64,000 bases of DNA from Candidatus Buchananbacteria bacterium. Lineage in GTDB: Bacteria; Patescibacteriota; Patescibacteriia; 2-01-FULL-39-33. The stretch covers positions 5,048-69,047 of the forward strand of contig CAIOLF010000024.1 in NCBI GenBank assembly GCA_903859075.1, in the 5' to 3' direction. This document shows positions 40,295 through 51,167 of the stretch, piece by piece. How positions within the stretch are numbered: the stretch's first letter is position 1; each line of letters begins with the position of its first letter. Below the pieces are notes generated by a model that saw nothing but the letters and a program-made list of their open reading frames with translations, had not been told where the DNA came from and did not search any database. A program made the position numbers and the translations under genes.

Positions 40295-41779
40295 TTAATA
40301 AGCTTTAGCGAAAATTACTCTTTCCTTTGACTCCTGGCCGCACACTAAGCACTTTCCCTTTTCGGCTTTGTTATTAAAGGGAATGCAGCGAATAGTTGCT
40401 TTAGTCTCTTCCTTGATTTGGGCCTCGCACTGAGCGCTACCGCACCAATGAGAGGAAATAAAAACATCATTTTCTTCCAGCTGTTTTTTAAATTTGGAAT
40501 AATCATCAATCTCTTTAGTATTAGCTAATTGATTTTTAAGCGCCCGATCAAATAAATTTTTCTGAATTGACTCCAATAATTTTTTGACCTGTTTCACGAT
40601 TTCATCGACACCGATAACGGCCTTTTCGCCATTGTCGCGGCGGACAGCTATGACTTGTTTTTTGGCGACGTCTTTGGGGCCAACCTCTAGTCTTAGCGGT
40701 ACGCCCTTCTTTTCCCATTCAAAATATTTCACGCCCGGCCGCTCATCGCGATCATCCACTTTGGCGATTACTCCGGCGGCTTTTAATTTTTCCGCCAATT
40801 CCTTGGCCGCTTCAACGGTTAGCTTTTTTTCTTCTTCGCTGGCGAAGATAGTAACCAGCACCGCCTGAAGAGGCGCGATTTTGGGAGGCATGATCATGCC
40901 TTTATCATCGCCATGGGTCATGATTAGTCCGCCGATCATTCTGGTAGAAACGCCCCAGCTGGTCTGCCAGACAAATTGCCTTTCACCTTTTTCATCCAAA
41001 AAAGACACATTGAACGACTTGGCAAAATTCTGTCCCAGCATGTGCGAAGTGCCGGCTTGTAACGCCTTGCCATCCTGCATCATCGCTTCCACGCACAAAG
41101 TATAATCGGCGCCGGCGAATTTTTCCGCTTCCGTCTTGCGGCCGGCCAGCACCGGCATAGCCAGATAATTTTCAAGAAAATCCTTATAAACTAAAACCAT
41201 TTGCTTGGCCCGATCCTCGGCTTCCTGCCGTGAGGCATGAGCCGTATGCCCCTCTTGCCAAAGGAATTCCATGGTGCGTAAAAAAACTCTGGTACGCATT
41301 TCCCAGCGGACAATATTGACCCACTGGTTGATGAGCAGCGGCAGATCGCGGTAAGATTGCACCCATCTGGAATAAGTGTCGTAAATTATAGTCTCTGAAG
41401 TCGGCCTGACAATCAGCGGTTCCTCCAATGGCCCGGCGGGATTAAGCTTGCCGGTAGCAGGATCCAATTCCAAACGATGGTGAGTAACTACGGCGCACTC
41501 TTTGGCAAAGTGTTCCACGTGCTCGGCTTCACGCTCAAAAAATGATTTAGGTATGAAAATTGGAAAATAAGCATTAACCACGTCCGTCTCCTTGAATTTA
41601 GCATCCAAAATTTTCTGGATATTCTCCCAGAGAGCATAACCATAGGGTTTGATTACCATACAGCCCCTGACTGAGGAATTTTCAGCCAAATCGGCAGCTT
41701 CGACTACATCCAAATACCATTTAGAATAATCCTCTTCTCTGGTAGTGATGCCTTTTTTTGTTTCTGACTGGTTAGACAT
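40295..41779 (-). CDS. proS: Prolyl-tRNA synthetase (archaeal/eukaryotic type)
   Basis: VRPTSET, VRWEMRTRVFLRTMEFLWQEGH, QAGTSHMLGQNF, ATIRCIP. Confidence 0.96.
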   Translation of the reverse strand: MSNQSETKKGITTREEDYSKWYLDVVEAADLAENSSVRGCMVIKPYGYALWENIQKILDAKFKETDVVNAYFPIFIPKSFFEREAEHVEHFAKECAVVTHHRLELDPATGKLNPAGPLEEPLIVRPTSETIIYDTYSRWVQSYRDLPLLINQWVNIVRWEMRTRVFLRTMEFLWQEGHTAHASRQEAEDRAKQMVLVYKDFLENYLAMPVLAGRKTEAEKFAGADYTLCVEAMMQDGKALQAGTSHMLGQNFAKSFNVSFLDEKGERQFVWQTSWGVSTRMIGGLIMTHGDDKGMIMPPKIAPLQAVLVTIFASEEEKKLTVEAAKELAEKLKAAGVIAKVDDRDERPGVKYFEWEKKGVPLRLEVGPKDVAKKQVIAVRRDNGEKAVIGVDEIVKQVKKLLESIQKNLFDRALKNQLANTKEIDDYSKFKKQLEENDVFISSHWCGSAQCEAQIKEETKATIRCIPFNNKAEKGKCLVCGQESKERVIFAKAY

Positions 41780-41795
41780 ATTTAATTTAATTTAA

Positions 41796-42155
41796 TTATT
41801 TATTGCCGAATAATCTAGCCCAAAATCCTTTTGACTGCGGCTTAAAAACATCTTCCGGCGGCGCGCTACGCTCCTGCGCTAGCTGCTGCAAAACGCCTTC
41901 GATTCTCCGCGCTTCCCGCTCCACCACTTCTCCGTCGTACTCGCCGCTATGAGCGCCATAACCCTCATAGCTGGCCTGCTTTTGATCAAGATGAAGGTTA
42001 ATATCGCGATCACTAACATAGGCATGAAAACGAGGGTAGTTAAGCGTTCCTAAGCGGCGGACAAAGCTCGGGTTATTTTGGGAGTTGATCAAGCCATAGC
42101 CGCAACGCCGTACCGCTTCCAAAGGATTCAAAGTATTAGGTATGGAAATATGCAT
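41796..42155 (-). CDS. Conserved hypothetical protein
   Basis: YPRFHAY, LHLDQK, AHSGEYDG; in operon between rseP and proS. Confidence 0.7.
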   Translation of the reverse strand: MHISIPNTLNPLEAVRRCGYGLINSQNNPSFVRRLGTLNYPRFHAYVSDRDINLHLDQKQASYEGYGAHSGEYDGEVVEREARRIEGVLQQLAQERSAPPEDVFKPQSKGFWARLFGNK

Positions 42156-42160
42156 AAATA

Positions 42161-43348
42161 TTACATGCCAATTAGCTGCTTGAAAACTCCGGCTATTCTG
42201 CCGCCGTATCTTATCACATCTTTATAAGTGACGACAAGTACCAATAGCATTAGCAGAACAAAGCCAATATTATGGGATAAATTCTCCCATTTTTGCTTAA
42301 TCGCCCGGCCGCGGATCTTTTCAATTAATAAGAATAAAATGCGTCCCCCGTCGAGCGCCGGAAAAGGCAAAATATTAATAATGGCCAGATTCAAAGAGAT
42401 GAGGGCGACGAACTGCAATAAATAAGAAACGCCCATCCGAGTCGCCTCGCCGGTCATGACGGCGATGCCAACCGGGCCCGTCACTTCCAGTCCGACCGGA
42501 ACGCCGAAGATCAAATTTTTCAGCACGGTAAATAAAGCCACAAAAATAAAAGCCAGCCAGATAAAAGTCATCTTGAAGCCGTACCAAACCGCCAAATGCC
42601 AAGGATAGCGGACGATCTGCGTTTCTGAAAGAGCAATACCGACTCCTATCACTCCTTGATACTGCTGAACTTTTATTTTTTTGCTGATCAGCGACTCTCC
42701 CCGCGCCAGATCAACCGATACCTCGGCATCTTTCTTGCCGGCAAGATAGTTCTGCAACCCTTTGATGTCGGAAAATTCCTGGCCATCTACTTTATTGATA
42801 ACATCGCCCAGCTTTACCCCCGCTTCTTTAGCGGGCAGCTTATCGATTAGCTCTACCACTTGGATTTTTGTCGGAGTTACGGCAATCGCTCCCGAAGCCA
42901 ACGGCCCGGAAGTCGGCATGCCGATGCCATAACCGATCATTAAGAGTATCATGCAGAGTAAAAAATTCATCAGCACTCCCGAAGCCAGCACTAATATTCG
43001 CTTGGGAATGCTTTGGCTGGCAAAACTATCCGCCTCAGCCGCCGCTTCTCCGTTTTCACCTTTAATCTTCACGAAACCGCCTATCGGCAACCAATTCAAC
43101 GAATAGACCGTGGGCTTGTTTTCTGCTAGTTTCTGATTGCCCCAAACCCAATGCCAATTCTTTTTCTCTGGCTCTTCGTTTACGGCGGCAATTTTTTCTC
43201 GCCGAATGCCCACCGCCCGCGGCGGGATGCCCAAGCCGAACTCGTCCACGCGGATGCCGAATTTTCTGGCAGTATAAAAATGCCCCAACTCATGGACAAA
43301 AACCAGGATGGAGAGCATGACGATAAAGACGATGATGGTGATGAGCAT
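42161..43348 (-). CDS. rseP: RIP metalloprotease RseP
   Basis: HELGH, PDZ domain, NILPFPALDGG. Confidence 0.95.
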   Translation of the reverse strand: MLITIIVFIVMLSILVFVHELGHFYTARKFGIRVDEFGLGIPPRAVGIRREKIAAVNEEPEKKNWHWVWGNQKLAENKPTVYSLNWLPIGGFVKIKGENGEAAAEADSFASQSIPKRILVLASGVLMNFLLCMILLMIGYGIGMPTSGPLASGAIAVTPTKIQVVELIDKLPAKEAGVKLGDVINKVDGQEFSDIKGLQNYLAGKKDAEVSVDLARGESLISKKIKVQQYQGVIGVGIALSETQIVRYPWHLAVWYGFKMTFIWLAFIFVALFTVLKNLIFGVPVGLEVTGPVGIAVMTGEATRMGVSYLLQFVALISLNLAIINILPFPALDGGRILFLLIEKIRGRAIKQKWENLSHNIGFVLLMLLVLVVTYKDVIRYGGRIAGVFKQLIGM

Positions 43349-43478
43349 AATTGAATTAATAAATTAAAAAAAATAGAAATTAAGAAATAAAGAAACTAAG
43401 AAATTAAGGGAAAGTCAACACAATAATAAATTATTAATTACCCTTAATTTCATAATTTCTCAATTTCATAATTTCATA

Positions 43479-44027
43479 TTACACGGTCATTATTTCCTCT
43501 TCTTTTTCTTCGGTGATGGACTTGACTTGATTATTGAATCCGCCGACCTTCTTGTCCAATTCTTCCAACAGGCTGAATTTTTCATCTTCGCCGAATTCTT
43601 TATTCTTTTCCGCCTCGACAATTTCTTCTTTTACCTTATCACGTGTCTGCCTGATAGCCACTTTAGCTTGCTCAGTTTTCTGATGCAGAATCTTTACGAT
43701 TTCCTTGCGCGTCTCTTCAGTCAGCGGCGAGATGGTAATTCTGATTCTTTCTCCTTCATTGGCCGGCGACAACCCCAAACCCGACTCGACAATGGCTTTT
43801 TCAATTTCTTTAATGACGCTCTTGTCCCAGGGCTGGATAAGCAGGCTGCGACCATCAATTGTTACTGAGCCCAGCTGATTGAGGGGGTTTTTGACGCCAT
43901 AGGCCTCGACTCGCACGTTATCCAGCAGCATCGGCGTGACGCGGCCGGTCTTTAAAGTACCAATATCGTGCTTGAAATGCTCGACCGCCTTGGTGAATTC
44001 ACCCAAACTGTTATCGACAATACTCAT
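43479..44027 (-). CDS. frr: Ribosome recycling factor
   Basis: LKTGRVTP, IQPWDKS, PLTEETRK. Confidence 0.95.
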   Translation of the reverse strand: MSIVDNSLGEFTKAVEHFKHDIGTLKTGRVTPMLLDNVRVEAYGVKNPLNQLGSVTIDGRSLLIQPWDKSVIKEIEKAIVESGLGLSPANEGERIRITISPLTEETRKEIVKILHQKTEQAKVAIRQTRDKVKEEIVEAEKNKEFGEDEKFSLLEELDKKVGGFNNQVKSITEEKEEEIMTV

Positions 44028-44039
44028 ATCTATAAGTTA

Positions 44040-45101
44040 TTATTTAGGAGGCAAATTATTGCCTAAATAAATTATTTTAGTATCAGTCGGATTAACCGCG
44101 ATGTCAGACGTCAAACGGGAATAAGGCAATTTAATTGACGACCAAGTTTGTCCGCCGTCAACTGACTTCACCAGTGAATTCTGGGTGGCATAGTAAATTT
44201 CCTTGCTATTTTTGGGATTGACGCTAACAGCATAAATCAGAGCCGCTTGAGAAACCGGCAATAAATTAACCACCTCCCAATTGACGCCGCCACTAGTGCT
44301 GCGCAGCATGCCATATTTGGAAATGAAGATCAATCCGCCCTCAGTGGCCGGATCGGCAATCAACTTTTTGTACTCATGCGTACCGGAATATGATTTCAGC
44401 CCTTCGCCCAGCCCCGCCCAATTATCGCCATTATCAGTGGACTTATAAAGCCCGTCTTTCTGAGTGCCAATATAGACTGTTGGGGAATCGTTGGGGTCGA
44501 CGACAATATCCAAAATGGAGCCGCTCTTAGTTCTTAAGACCGTTTTCCAAGACTGCCCTCCGTTGGTGCTTTTTAATAGCTCGCCGCTACTATCGCCCAT
44601 CAGAATATTATTGGGATCATTACGGTTTAGCGCCATAGCAGTCAGATAAACATCCGGCTTCTGATGATAATAAGGATTCTGCCAGGTCCGGCCGCAATCG
44701 ATTGATTTGTAGAGCTTATTGCTTAGGGCCGCGTATAGCACGCATTTGTTCTTGGGATCAACGGTTAAAAAATTCACTAATCCATTATTAAGATCGCGGA
44801 ACTGACGCCAGGAAGAACCGCCGTCATAACTATAGATAATGCCATTGCTCTTGGTGCCTAAATAAATAGCTTGGCTGTCAGACGGATCAATGGCTATCTC
44901 CGTCACCTCAACATTGGAGATGGTGATAATCTTTCCGTCAACCGCCGGTACCTTTACCGTCTGGACGAAGGTACGGCCGCTGTCGGTGGACCGCCAAATG
45001 CCGCCGGTAGAATTGCTTTGGGAAGGGCCGGTCACGGTACAGCCGCCTAGGGCCAGCAGGCCAGCCAGCAATAGGATCATGACGATTCTTTTATGGTTCA
45101 T
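44040..45101 (-). CDS. Lipoprotein with BNR/Asp-box beta-propeller (Ycf48-like)
   Basis: Lipobox LGGC; repeated S.DGG.TW motifs. Confidence 0.85.
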   Translation of the reverse strand: MNHKRIVMILLLAGLLALGGCTVTGPSQSNSTGGIWRSTDSGRTFVQTVKVPAVDGKIITISNVEVTEIAIDPSDSQAIYLGTKSNGIIYSYDGGSSWRQFRDLNNGLVNFLTVDPKNKCVLYAALSNKLYKSIDCGRTWQNPYYHQKPDVYLTAMALNRNDPNNILMGDSSGELLKSTNGGQSWKTVLRTKSGSILDIVVDPNDSPTVYIGTQKDGLYKSTDNGDNWAGLGEGLKSYSGTHEYKKLIADPATEGGLIFISKYGMLRSTSGGVNWEVVNLLPVSQAALIYAVSVNPKNSKEIYYATQNSLVKSVDGGQTWSSIKLPYSRLTSDIAVNPTDTKIIYLGNNLPPK

Positions 45102-46132
45102 AGATTTATGATTAAATTTTCTAGGACAAATTTAGTATTAATATTCTGTTGCAGCAGTTCCCGAGCCGTTTGCAGCAGCGACGCTACCTGGAGAATACGC
45201 CGCCAATCGAATTTTTCCTTCAACTCGGAAAACACCTTCAGGTATTCCGCATTGGCGATATGATATTCATCGCCCTGAGTTAGCAACAATAAATCGCGCA
45301 AAGCCGCCTGCCAATCATCGAGCAGCCGGCCGATTTTGGCGGCATTCTGCGTTTCATCTTTCTCCCAGTTAATGATCTCTTCCAAGTAATTCAATCTCCG
45401 ACTGGAACTGACCCGGACTATTTCTGAAAAAAATTTGAGATTTAATTGCAGTTGAGCCAGTGATTCTTCGTCTCTAAGAAGATTGATGGCTCGGCCGGGC
45501 AAACCGTGGGCCAAACGCGACACCAGCTTGATCTTTTCCGCCTCAACCTCAAAACGGAGCAAATAATTTTCCAAAACTCCGCTGGCTACCGGCAAGAAAT
45601 TAATCGTCTGGCAGCGGGAGACAATCGTCGCGGGAATTTTCCTGAAATCGTCAGTCAATAGAATAATGATTGTCTTAGCCGTGGGCTCTTCCAAAATTTT
45701 CAGGAGTGAATTATAAGCATGCTCATTAATCAGCTGGGCCTCGGGAATGAGCGCCGCCTTATATCCGGAAAGCAAGGTTGTCTGCTGCAGCTTCAGCTTT
45801 AACTCCCTTATCTGATCGATGATAATATCTTTTTTCCATTTGCCGGTATCCTCGTCTATCAGCCGCTGGATCAAATAAACGTCGGGGTGCATCTCCCGCT
45901 CCAGCTGCTGGCAATTGCTGCACTCGCCGCACGGCAAAGGCTCGTCAAAGCGCAGGCAAAAGATTGATTTGATGAATTGCTTGGACAGAGCGTATTTGCC
46001 CACTCCGGCCGGCCCCACGAACAAATAAGCATGGCTAAGTTTGTTACTGACAATGGCTGATTGCAGAAAGGAAGCTATCCTCTCATGGCCGCAAATATCC
46101 CAATTGAATTTTTTCTCATGACTCTTGGCCAT
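45098..46132 (-). CDS. holB: DNA polymerase III delta' subunit
   Basis: HAYLFVGPAGVGK, PCGECSNC, HPD, NSLLKILEEP, TIVSRC. Confidence 0.92.
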   Translation of the reverse strand: MAKSHEKKFNWDICGHERIASFLQSAIVSNKLSHAYLFVGPAGVGKYALSKQFIKSIFCLRFDEPLPCGECSNCQQLEREMHPDVYLIQRLIDEDTGKWKKDIIIDQIRELKLKLQQTTLLSGYKAALIPEAQLINEHAYNSLLKILEEPTAKTIIILLTDDFRKIPATIVSRCQTINFLPVASGVLENYLLRFEVEAEKIKLVSRLAHGLPGRAINLLRDEESLAQLQLNLKFFSEIVRVSSSRRLNYLEEIINWEKDETQNAAKIGRLLDDWQAALRDLLLLTQGDEYHIANAEYLKVFSELKEKFDWRRILQVASLLQTARELLQQNINTKFVLENLIINL

Positions 46133-46171
46133 AACTATTATATTTTAACACAATTTTAATATTTTTTGAAA

Positions 46172-47311
46172 TTAAGCGTTCTTTCCGGCCTGCCGGATGA
46201 TTCTGAGCGTTGCCGCGGCGGTTTTTTCCCAAGAAAATTCCTCTGCTCTCTGCCTGCCCTTAGCCACCAGTAATTGCCGATAATCGTGATCATTGAGAAC
46301 CTCGGCGATTTTTTCTCCAAGTACCGCGGCGTCATAAGGGTCAACGAGCGCCGCCGCTCCGCCGGCCACTTCTCGATGCGGATCCAGATCAGAGGTAATC
46401 ACCGGCGTGCCGCAGGCCATCGCCTCCAAAATCGGCAATCCAAAACCCTCGTATAGGGTGGGAAAAAGGAAAATAGCGGCACCCTTAATAAGAGTTGGCA
46501 GATCCTCGACAGCAGCATAACCCGGCAGAATTATTTCATTTTCCAATTTTTGATTTGCGATAATCTCCTTAATCGCCTCAAATTGATTGCCGGAATTTCC
46601 GGCCAGCACTAATTTCAGCTCAGGAAATTGCTCCTTGACCAAAGCAAAGGCCTTGACGATATTGCCGATGTTCTTCTTTTTTTCCAGCCGGCCGACATAT
46701 AATAGATAAGGCAAAGTGATTCTATATTTATTCAGGACTTCCTGAAGTAAATCTTTTTTGATTTCTTCCTTGGCGTTGTACTGGTCCTGATCATAGCCGA
46801 GATAAGAAATTTTTATTCTTGATTCGGCCACGCCGTAATACTTCATTATTTCATTTTTGGAAAACTGCGAGATGGTCAAAATAACGTCGGCGCGCTTTTT
46901 TATTTTTCTCATAGTCAGCTCATGATACCAGACCTGAATCGGCTTATAGAGCTCGGGGAAATGACGAAAACCGACATCATGGACAGTAACGATCACCTTG
47001 GTGCGGCGCGGAATCGGCAAAAAAGGAATCGTGTGCGCCGGGACGAATAAAACATCCGGCGGATTCAAAAATAATTCCCACCAGAGACGGAATTGCGTCC
47101 ATAAATATTTCGGCGGCCAGCCCAATCTTTTTTCAAAAAAATTATCCAGGCACTTGCCTAAATCCCCCTTCAGCGGAAGGTTGGTGTATAAAAAAACCTT
47201 ATCGCCAGCCGGGACGATTTTTTTGAATTCCTCAATCAGATGCCAGCTGTACCATTCCGTGCCGGTCTTATTGTCTTTGTTGGCGCGGCTAGCGTCGATG
47301 CCGATGATCAT
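46172..47311 (-). CDS. GT4 glycosyltransferase
   Basis: VGRLEKKKN, YEGFGLPILEAMACG. Confidence 0.93.
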   Translation of the reverse strand: MIIGIDASRANKDNKTGTEWYSWHLIEEFKKIVPAGDKVFLYTNLPLKGDLGKCLDNFFEKRLGWPPKYLWTQFRLWWELFLNPPDVLFVPAHTIPFLPIPRRTKVIVTVHDVGFRHFPELYKPIQVWYHELTMRKIKKRADVILTISQFSKNEIMKYYGVAESRIKISYLGYDQDQYNAKEEIKKDLLQEVLNKYRITLPYLLYVGRLEKKKNIGNIVKAFALVKEQFPELKLVLAGNSGNQFEAIKEIIANQKLENEIILPGYAAVEDLPTLIKGAAIFLFPTLYEGFGLPILEAMACGTPVITSDLDPHREVAGGAAALVDPYDAAVLGEKIAEVLNDHDYRQLLVAKGRQRAEEFSWEKTAAATLRIIRQAGKNA

Positions 47312-47346
47312 CGGTAATTTAAAATTATGAATTAAGAATTAAAAAA

Positions 47347-48354
47347 CTATTTTGTCGCCAGAATACTTCTCTTATAACTCTCCAGATTCTCCAAAGCGAT
47401 GCCCGTCCCTTTGACCACGCAATAAAGCGCGTCATCGGCCACGTAAGTGGAGATGCCCGTCGCCTTAGTAATCAGCCTATCAATATTGCGGAGCAAACTG
47501 GAGCCGCCGCTCATCACAATCCCCTTGTCAATCACGTCAGCGGAAAGTTCCGGCGGCGTCTCATGCAAGACGCCTTTGACGGCGGTAATAATTCCTTCCA
47601 ATTCCGATTGGATCGCCTCTGTCACGTCGTCGGAAGAGGCCAGGACGGTTTTGGGCATGCCATCAATCATGTCGCGGCCGCGTATTTCCAAATATAATTT
47701 TTCTTCTAAGTAAAGCGCCGAGCCGATTTTTATTTTTATTTCTTCCGCGGTGCGTTCGCCGATGGCCAGATTATACTTGCGCCGGATATAATCGGAAATG
47801 GAAGCGTCAAATTTGTTGCCGCCGATACGCACGGAATTAGAAGCCACTATGCCGCCGAGCGAAATAACTGCGATCTCCGAAGTACCGCCGCCGATGTCAA
47901 TGATCATATGGCCCGAGGCCGAGCCGATGGGAATATTGGCGCCGATGGCGGCAACAATCGGCTCCTTGATGATATAAGCGGCCTTGGCGCCGGCGGCGAT
48001 AGTCGCGTCGATTACGGCGCGGCGTTCAGTGGAAGTAATACCGGCCGGCACAGCCACCATTACCTCCGGACGAAACAGGCGCACTCCGCCTAACGCCTTA
48101 TTGATGAAATACCGCAGCATCGCTTCCGTAGTCTTATAATCGGCGATCACGCCGTCGCGCAGCGGCTTGCTGGCGATAATCGTGTCCGGCGTGCGGCCGA
48201 GCATTTCCTTGGCCTCGGCGCCAACGGCGATAATTTTTTTATCAATATTTGAAATAGCCACTACAGACGGTTCATTAATAACTACTCCCCTCTTTGGCAC
48301 GTGCACTAGGACGTTAGTCGTACCCAGATCAATTCCGATTTTCTTTATAAACAT
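47347..48354 (-). CDS. mreB: Rod shape actin MreB (paralogue 2, canonical)
   Basis: [31 protein letters not shown]. Confidence 0.95.
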   Translation of the reverse strand: MFIKKIGIDLGTTNVLVHVPKRGVVINEPSVVAISNIDKKIIAVGAEAKEMLGRTPDTIIASKPLRDGVIADYKTTEAMLRYFINKALGGVRLFRPEVMVAVPAGITSTERRAVIDATIAAGAKAAYIIKEPIVAAIGANIPIGSASGHMIIDIGGGTSEIAVISLGGIVASNSVRIGGNKFDASISDYIRRKYNLAIGERTAEEIKIKIGSALYLEEKLYLEIRGRDMIDGMPKTVLASSDDVTEAIQSELEGIITAVKGVLHETPPELSADVIDKGIVMSGGSSLLRNIDRLITKATGISTYVADDALYCVVKGTGIALENLESYKRSILATK

Positions 48355-48390
48355 AAAGTGTTTCAAAAATTATAATTATTGATTAAACGC

Positions 48391-50385
48391 CTAAAATCTG
48401 ACCGTAAATTCCCTGTCCATCTGTAAATTTGATTTCCAAAACAGCCGCTGGCCGCTAATAGCGTCAGGCAAGGCCTCCGAGTGGTAGGCGCTTAAATAAC
48501 GGCTGAAGTTTAAATCAACGTGCAAATCATGTCCAACCGTTCCTGGCTGCTTTTGAACAATCAATTTATACAATCCCCGCTGGTATTGCTGCAGCGTTTT
48601 GGCCGGCAGCTCGTATTCAAATGTTACTGTTTTGGTAGTTTTTGGCTCGACGGAAAAAAAGTAAGCCAAAACCGTCTTGCCGAATTCATTTCTTACTTCT
48701 AAGTCGCTAGTTAGATTAATCGGATGCCGGCCGGACTGATCGCTCCAATAAGCGCTCAGCGGACGCGAACCTTCAGGCACATAGAGCTGCAGATAATCAC
48801 GGTACTCCCGGATGAAGTAATTCACGCGTTCGCTTTGATGCTCATAGGTCAGCTCGGCTCGGCCAATCAGCTTGCCATTTTTTTCATCCAGACGATAACT
48901 GATTGATTTTTTCATGACTGAATCGGTTTTCCAGGCTGCCATATTGGCGTCGACGGCTAACAGATAATCACTGTCCGAATATTTCATAATGCCGGACCAA
49001 TTCTGATCGGCAAAATAGCTCTGCGTCTGAGGATTAGTCAAATAGACCAAAATCTGTTTCTCATCGATGTTCTTCTTGAAAGCCAGCCAAGCTTGCAGCA
49101 TATTAGGCAGGGAGGATTTTTCCATTCGGGAAATCAGCTCCCGGGTCAAGGGGCTAATAATCGACTTGCGCTGGCTTTTGGGCAATCCCCTTTGGGCATA
49201 ATCCCGCTCGACTTCTTTTTCCAGCTCCATGGCAAAATTTTTATCGGTAAAGGTAACTCCGCCGACCGTAATCGGTCCGACTACCTTAAGTAAGTTAGAA
49301 ATAAAATCCGGCGTCAGGGCAATCACCCCGTCCAAGCGCTGGTAAGGCAGTTTGCCAAACTCCCTTTCGCGATCAAAAAACCAAATTATATTCTTGGCTG
49401 AAGTCGGCCAATCAGTATACCAATTGGCGTCTCGCATAAACCAGTTTTTCTGGCCCATGAACTTCTGCAATGGCTGAGGCGGAGCCACGTTTAGTTGGCC
49501 CTCAGCCAATTTATCCAGATTATAAACATCATCCGTCATTAAATCCGTTATTTCGCCGGCTTTGAAAGTAAGCAGTCCGTAGCTGCCGATAAATCCTCCC
49601 GTCGGCCGCATCTCCATGTTATTCTGAAAAACAAATAGATAGGTTTTGGACTGATTCTGACCCACTAGCTCCGGCAAATTTTTAAAGATCGGCAGAGCCA
49701 TTTCGCTGTTAGCGATTAATCCGGAAAGCGATTGGTTGAATCCCAATAATTTATCCTTGAAAATCCCGTTAAAATCCTTGGTATTAATGCCGCTAATCGT
49801 CTTTTGGGCCTGTTCAATCTTTGCTCTGGCGCGATCGAGCGCCTCTTGATTGTCAGCTATTGCCTGCAATAAAGTTTTTTTCTGCTGAGTATCTTTTATC
49901 TGTCCGATTACTTGCCCGGCATCAGCGGTTTGCAGCCGCAGCTGCTCCATAATGACGACTGCCTCCGAATAGCCATCCAATAAATCACTGGCTGCCAAAA
50001 GCATTTGCTGACTGACTCGGGCGCTTTGTCCCAGCGGCGGAATCCAAAGCAGCGGACCTAAATAGCCGACGCTTTTTTTGATTGCCGCCAGATCATCAGA
50101 ACCGCCGTTTAGCTCACTCCTTATCACTGCCCAATCGTTGCTGGAAGCGGCTTGGGTGATTTTTTCAACCCGCTGGCCGAGGCCAACCGCTTTTTGGGCA
50201 ATAATCGCGCCGTTAATCGCCAAGGGCAATGCCACCGCCAAAATAATGATTATTAATATAAATAAAATCCAACGCCGGACATGGGAGCGTTTTTTTCGGG
50301 GCGTGGCATCCGGCTGGTAGTAAACCGGGGCGTGCTGATTATTTTCTGCCGGCACTGGCTGGCTGCTAGGAGTGAGTAACGTCAT
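48391..50385 (-). CDS. DUF4012-like membrane-anchored protein
   Basis: FQNNMEMRPTGGFIGSYG, RDANW, VQKQPG. Confidence 0.8.
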   Translation of the reverse strand: MTLLTPSSQPVPAENNQHAPVYYQPDATPRKKRSHVRRWILFILIIIILAVALPLAINGAIIAQKAVGLGQRVEKITQAASSNDWAVIRSELNGGSDDLAAIKKSVGYLGPLLWIPPLGQSARVSQQMLLAASDLLDGYSEAVVIMEQLRLQTADAGQVIGQIKDTQQKKTLLQAIADNQEALDRARAKIEQAQKTISGINTKDFNGIFKDKLLGFNQSLSGLIANSEMALPIFKNLPELVGQNQSKTYLFVFQNNMEMRPTGGFIGSYGLLTFKAGEITDLMTDDVYNLDKLAEGQLNVAPPQPLQKFMGQKNWFMRDANWYTDWPTSAKNIIWFFDREREFGKLPYQRLDGVIALTPDFISNLLKVVGPITVGGVTFTDKNFAMELEKEVERDYAQRGLPKSQRKSIISPLTRELISRMEKSSLPNMLQAWLAFKKNIDEKQILVYLTNPQTQSYFADQNWSGIMKYSDSDYLLAVDANMAAWKTDSVMKKSISYRLDEKNGKLIGRAELTYEHQSERVNYFIREYRDYLQLYVPEGSRPLSAYWSDQSGRHPINLTSDLEVRNEFGKTVLAYFFSVEPKTTKTVTFEYELPAKTLQQYQRGLYKLIVQKQPGTVGHDLHVDLNFSRYLSAYHSEALPDAISGQRLFWKSNLQMDREFTVRF

Positions 50386-51157
50386 ATTTTCGATATTTTA
50401 ATAAATATTTAATCCAATCAATGGTATGGATCCAAAAAATCTTAGACCAAATTCCGCTGCCCGCCGACTCTCGCTTGTGATAATGAATAATATTAGCATC
50501 GGCAAAATAGTAGACCGGCATTTGATGCCGCCAAAATTCCCGGCACCAGGCAACATCGCCAAAATACAAGTAGAGATATTCATCCATTAATCCCACTTTA
50601 TCGATGGCGCTCTTCCGGACCATTTCAAAAGCCCCCAAAATCCAATCGACGGTGCGAGTCTCGCTATGGGAAAAATCGGCCATTAGGTATTGAGCTAATT
50701 TTTTCTTAGCTCCCGGCAGGAGACCAAAAAAAGTCCGCCGATAAAAAGGAGTGATGACCGAGGGAAACCGTAAGCAGGATGACTGAATGGAACCATCCGG
50801 ATTTTTTAATTTTGGCCCGACCAAAGCCGTTTCTGGATGCTCCTCCATGAATTTGTATAAGCGATCAAAGCTGTCATCCAGGATGGCTATATCGGTGTTC
50901 ATGATCACCACGTACTTGCCGCGGGAATTTTTTATTCCCAGATTATTGCCCTTATGGTGGCCGAGGTTTTCCGTGGCGGCAATCAGCTTCACCCGAGCAA
51001 ACCCTTCCCTGACCATTTCTATCGAGCCGTCTTGGGAATTATTGTCGACGACGATAACCTCATAAGGGCAGGACGGCGGAAACAAATAAATGCCCTTCAA
51101 ACATTGTTTGAGGAGGCCTCTAGTTTTGTAATTATTAATAATAATGGATATTTCCAT
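50366..51157 (-). CDS. GT2 glycosyltransferase
   Basis: VVDNNSQDGS, NTD, GPKLKNPDG. Confidence 0.92.
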   Translation of the reverse strand: MEISIIINNYKTRGLLKQCLKGIYLFPPSCPYEVIVVDNNSQDGSIEMVREGFARVKLIAATENLGHHKGNNLGIKNSRGKYVVIMNTDIAILDDSFDRLYKFMEEHPETALVGPKLKNPDGSIQSSCLRFPSVITPFYRRTFFGLLPGAKKKLAQYLMADFSHSETRTVDWILGAFEMVRKSAIDKVGLMDEYLYLYFGDVAWCREFWRHQMPVYYFADANIIHYHKRESAGSGIWSKIFWIHTIDWIKYLLKYRKYDVTHS

Positions 51158-51167
51158 AAAACTGAAA

